A stretch of DNA of 64,000 nt from Synechococcus sp. (GTDB taxonomy: Bacteria > Cyanobacteriota > Cyanobacteriia > Thermostichales > PCC-7336), in the NCBI GenBank assembly GCA_051439605.1, contig JBFRWN010000124.1, forward strand, positions 1 through 64,000. The letters are read 5' to 3'. The notes beneath the pieces were generated by a model. The model worked only from the letters and a program-made list of their open reading frames with translations. It made no database searches and had not been told where the DNA came from. Position 1 is the first letter of the stretch. Each line of letters starts with the position of its first letter. Both the position numbers and the translations under genes were made by a program. Shown piece after piece: positions 61,202 to 64,000 of this stretch.

Positions 61202-61885
61202 AGCGGTTTGAGGACGACTATTGTTACCTGCCAGTTGTTGAAGAGAATATTTGGCTGTGCTAGCGACTGTGTCTTGAGGATCCCTGGATAAATACTCCAA
61301 CGCAGAGCGACTTTTCTCTGCTGGTAAATTCCCCAGCGCTTGTGCCAGCCTTTGACGGATCAGCCAGTCATCCGATCGCACAAACTCCAAGAGGCGATTG
61401 ACCGCTCTTGCATCACCGATTTCCCCAAGGGCTGCGATCGCCCCCTGCTGAATCAGTCCATCGGGTTCGTCTAACGCATTCATCAGCAGCCCGAAAGCCC
61501 GCGGATCTTTTAAATTTCCTAAAGCAACGGCTGCACTGAACCGAACGAGCCATTCCACATCTTCGTAGAACGCCCTTACCAGGGCTTCGTAGGCTCTTGG
61601 ATCTTCTAGATAGCCTAAAGCTCCCGCAGCATCAGCTCTGATGCCGTAATCTTCGTCGGATTCCAAGATATTTAGCAAGACGGGTAAGCAGGCATCCGTG
61701 CGTTTGACTCCTAAAGCGAACACTGCAAAAGCGCGTACCTGTTGGTGGGTATCCCCTACAACTTTTAAGATCAGCGGCACAGCTTGCTCGTCTGGTACCT
61801 GCCTCAACTGTGTCAGTGCTAACATCCGATCGGCTGGGCGATCGCTGTCCAGTTTTTCCTCCAGTGCCATCAGATCGATTGTCAT
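61199..61885 (-). CDS. nblB: HEAT-repeat phycobiliprotein lyase-like protein, NblB-like
   Basis: AVPLI.KV, R.FAVFALG, DYGIRADAAGALGYL, FYED..WLVRFSAAV.LGNL and DWLIRQRLA motifs. Confidence 0.8.
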   Translation of the reverse strand: MTIDLMALEEKLDSDRPADRMLALTQLRQVPDEQAVPLILKVVGDTHQQVRAFAVFALGVKRTDACLPVLLNILESDEDYGIRADAAGALGYLEDPRAYEALVRAFYEDVEWLVRFSAAVALGNLKDPRAFGLLMNALDEPDGLIQQGAIAALGEIGDARAVNRLLEFVRSDDWLIRQRLAQALGNLPAEKSRSALEYLSRDPQDTVASTAKYSLQQLAGNNSRPQTA

Positions 61886-61914
61886 TCAACATCCTCGACC
61901 GCTCTCTTCATGAT

Positions 61915-62005
61915 AAAGCGACCGTCAAGTGACTTTGACATCTCAGCTGTGCAACCCCCTTATCAGGCAACGATCTTGCTGTCTCAACAGAGATAGCTAA
62001 AGCCA
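61915..62005. repeat. Possible diverged third copy of the dispersed repeat
   Basis: Shares agcgaccgtcaagt..ctt.gacat and ..tagctaaag with copy 1. Confidence 0.4.
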
Positions 62006-62111
62006 TACTTCAACCAAACAATCAGAACTAAGGCTGTCATTAGACTGAGAGAGATCTGGCAACAAACAACCCCACAAACACAGTCGATTGTCAGTGCTAT
62101 ACGGTTCATCC

Positions 62112-62558
62112 TCAAACTACAAACTCTGGTGCCTCTGATTGGGCGGCTGCGCGGCTACGGGCATCAAAATACAGATCCTCCAGATTAATGTCCTCTAAAA
62201 CTTGCTGAAGCCGTTGCGAAATTCTGAACCAGACCGATTGCGTCACCCAGTCTTCAACCCGTCCCCCCCCTTTGCTGGGCACCTCATCAATGGCTTGGAT
62301 GGTTTCTCCAACAGCCGCCAATATCTCGGCTAAAGAAATCTCTCTGGCCGGACGTGCCAGCCGATACCCCCCATGTGCTCCACGTTGAGATCTGACCAGC
62401 CCCGCTTGTCTGAGCTCCCCCAAAAGTTTCTCTAAATATGGTGCAGGGATGCCCTGACGCTCGGCGATGGCTCTGACAGACATCGATTGCCCCTCATCTG
62501 ACAATGCCAAGTCGAGCAGTGCTTGAACGCTGTATTTCCCTCGGGTAGTCCATTTCAC
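62112..62558 (-). CDS. Rrf2 family transcriptional regulator (no Cys triad)
   Basis: TTRG.YSV.AL.DLA, IA.RQ.IP.PYLEKL and S.RG..GGY.LA motifs. Confidence 0.92.
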   Translation of the reverse strand: MKWTTRGKYSVQALLDLALSDEGQSMSVRAIAERQGIPAPYLEKLLGELRQAGLVRSQRGAHGGYRLARPAREISLAEILAAVGETIQAIDEVPSKGGGRVEDWVTQSVWFRISQRLQQVLEDINLEDLYFDARSRAAAQSEAPEFVV

Positions 62559-62675
62559 AGGCTAAATTAGGGATGCTTCAGTCTCTAGCATGCCTAATTT
62601 GTCCGTGATGTTGTTAGGGTAATTTGGCTGAAGAATAAGAATTTACTGCATTTCTAGAGAAAATTAATTTTTTTC

Positions 62676-62704
62676 TGGACAAAGCGTTCAAAACCTCCTA
62701 CATT
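62676..62704 (+). promoter_or_regulatory. Probable promoter of the ribosomal protein operon
   Basis: TGGACA, 17 bp spacer, TACATT, preceded by an AT-rich UP-like tract. Confidence 0.6.
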
Positions 62705-63025
62705 AGTAAGCCGGCGCTGAAAATGGTGCCCTTCTGAGATGCCGTAGAGGATACTGCAGTTTTGCCAATCGGCGCTGTCAAGTCCCGGCACTCACATGAG
62801 TTCTAGAGATCCCTATCCAGCACCAGCTGTCTGAGTTCGCTAGTTCCCAACTGTGCCTTGCGCATGGCCGCCGAACGTCATTACGTCGGCATGCTCTGCG
62901 GGATTGATTCGTGTGGAAATCGAATTTGTGCTTTTTTTTGCTTGCACAGTCTGTTTAGCTGGAAAGCTTTCGGAAGAATCTCGAACTCGAGCGAGCGTTA
63001 ACCAGTTGTCCAGTGGAGGCCCAAA

Positions 63026-63658
63026 GTGGCTGTTGGCATTTTCGGCAAAAAGTTAGGCATGACCCAAGTCTTCGATGACGAAGGTTTGGCTATTCCTGTA
63101 ACCGTTGTCGAGGCCGGTCCTTGTACCGTCACTCAGATCAAAACCAAAGAGACCGATGGCTATACTGCCATTCAAATTGGGTATGGCAATAAAAAGCGCC
63201 TGAATAAGCCCGAGAAAGGTCACTTGACTAAGGCAGGCATAGAAACCTCGCTGAGACACTTGAAAGAGTATCGAGTTGATGCGCCAGACGAGTTTGAGTT
63301 AGGCCAAGAAATTACGGTTAGTCAATTTGAAGCTGGCCAGCTTGTAGATGTCGCCGGTACCACAATTGGCCACGGTTTTACGGGTTACCAAAAGCGACAC
63401 AACTTCAGTCGTGGGCCCATGGCTCATGGTTCGAAGAACCACCGTTTACCGGGTTCTATTGGACCTGGTACCACTCCTGGCCGCGTTTATCCCGGTAAGC
63501 GCATGGCCGGACGGGATGGCGGCAAGCGTACCACCATCCGGAAGTTGACTGTCATTCGGGTGGATGCCGAGCGCAACCTGCTTCTAGTGAAAGGCTCTCT
63601 ACCTGGTGTAGAAGGAGGCCTACTGGAAATTCGTCCCGCAAACATCGTTGGACGCTAA
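63026..63658 (+). CDS. rplC: 50S ribosomal protein L3
   Basis: [30 protein letters not shown] and GRV.PGK.M.G motifs. Confidence 0.98.
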   Translation: MAVGIFGKKLGMTQVFDDEGLAIPVTVVEAGPCTVTQIKTKETDGYTAIQIGYGNKKRLNKPEKGHLTKAGIETSLRHLKEYRVDAPDEFELGQEITVSQFEAGQLVDVAGTTIGHGFTGYQKRHNFSRGPMAHGSKNHRLPGSIGPGTTPGRVYPGKRMAGRDGGKRTTIRKLTVIRVDAERNLLLVKGSLPGVEGGLLEIRPANIVGR

Positions 63659-63683
63659 ACCCGAGTCTTAGGAGAGCAATCCG

Positions 63684-64000
63684 ATGGCAATTTGTAGCAT
63701 TAAAGACTGGCAGGGCGAGGCGGCTGGAGAAGCCGAACTAGATTTGGCAGTTGCGCCCCCTGAATCCGCACAACACTTGGTCTATCTTGCCCTGCGTCGC
63801 CAGATGGCCAACAAACGTCAAAGCAACGCCCATTCCAAGACCCGATCTGAAGTTCGCGGTGGTGGTCGGAAGCCTTGGCGTCAGAAGGGAACGGGTCGTG
63901 CGCGCGCTGGCTCTATTCGTTCTCCTCTGTGGCGTAAGGGTGGTGTGATCTTCGGTCCCCGCAACGAGCGCAACTACACCCTCAACATGAATCGTAAAGA
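63684..64000 (+). CDS. rplD: 50S ribosomal protein L4 (partial, runs off the window)
   Basis: Manual translation from ATG 63684 (GGAG RBS): [11 protein letters not shown]...[41 protein letters not shown]. Confidence 0.97.
   Translation, partial: MAICSIKDWQGEAAGEAELDLAVAPPESAQHLVYLALRRQMANKRQSNAHSKTRSEVRGGGRKPWRQKGTGRARAGSIRSPLWRKGGVIFGPRNERNYTLNMNRK

Noticed and set aside
1..64000. Frequent GCGATCGC octamer as a novel repeat
   Set aside because: This is the well-known cyanobacterial HIP1; used only as a taxonomic and island marker.

Overview
A 64 kb segment of a cyanobacterial chromosome, judged by frequent HIP1 octamers (GCGATCGC), Uma2, pentapeptide-repeat, Tab2, Ycf51 and NblB-like genes, and an rplC-rplD operon start with no rpsJ. 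Most genes are housekeeping or conserved cyanobacterial genes (coaE, aroB, thiD, thiO, folD, rdgB, gatA, rplC, rplD, zur, a DevR-like regulator). Accessory modules include a PhnCDE-type ABC transporter, an NfeD plus double-flotillin operon, a sucrose-phosphatase/fructokinase pair, a GST-VOC-flavoprotein operon with tandem TetR-type operators, an atypical P450, a giant Ser/Thr-His kinase and two phage-like helicases. A HIP1-free island at about 18.4-22.7 kb holds K+-channel genes, a broken pentapeptide-channel gene and an S24/LexA-type repressor pseudogene missing from the ORF track. The best candidates for something undescribed are a ~600 nt hairpin-rich intergenic region with its own terminator (55.2-55.8 kb), a His-tailed ferrochelatase paralog, a flotillin fused to an extra helical domain, a P450 lacking the I-helix acid-alcohol pair, and a palindromic MITE-like repeat family. 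I saw no rRNA, tRNA, CRISPR array or intact transposase. All calls are by eye; no database searches were run.
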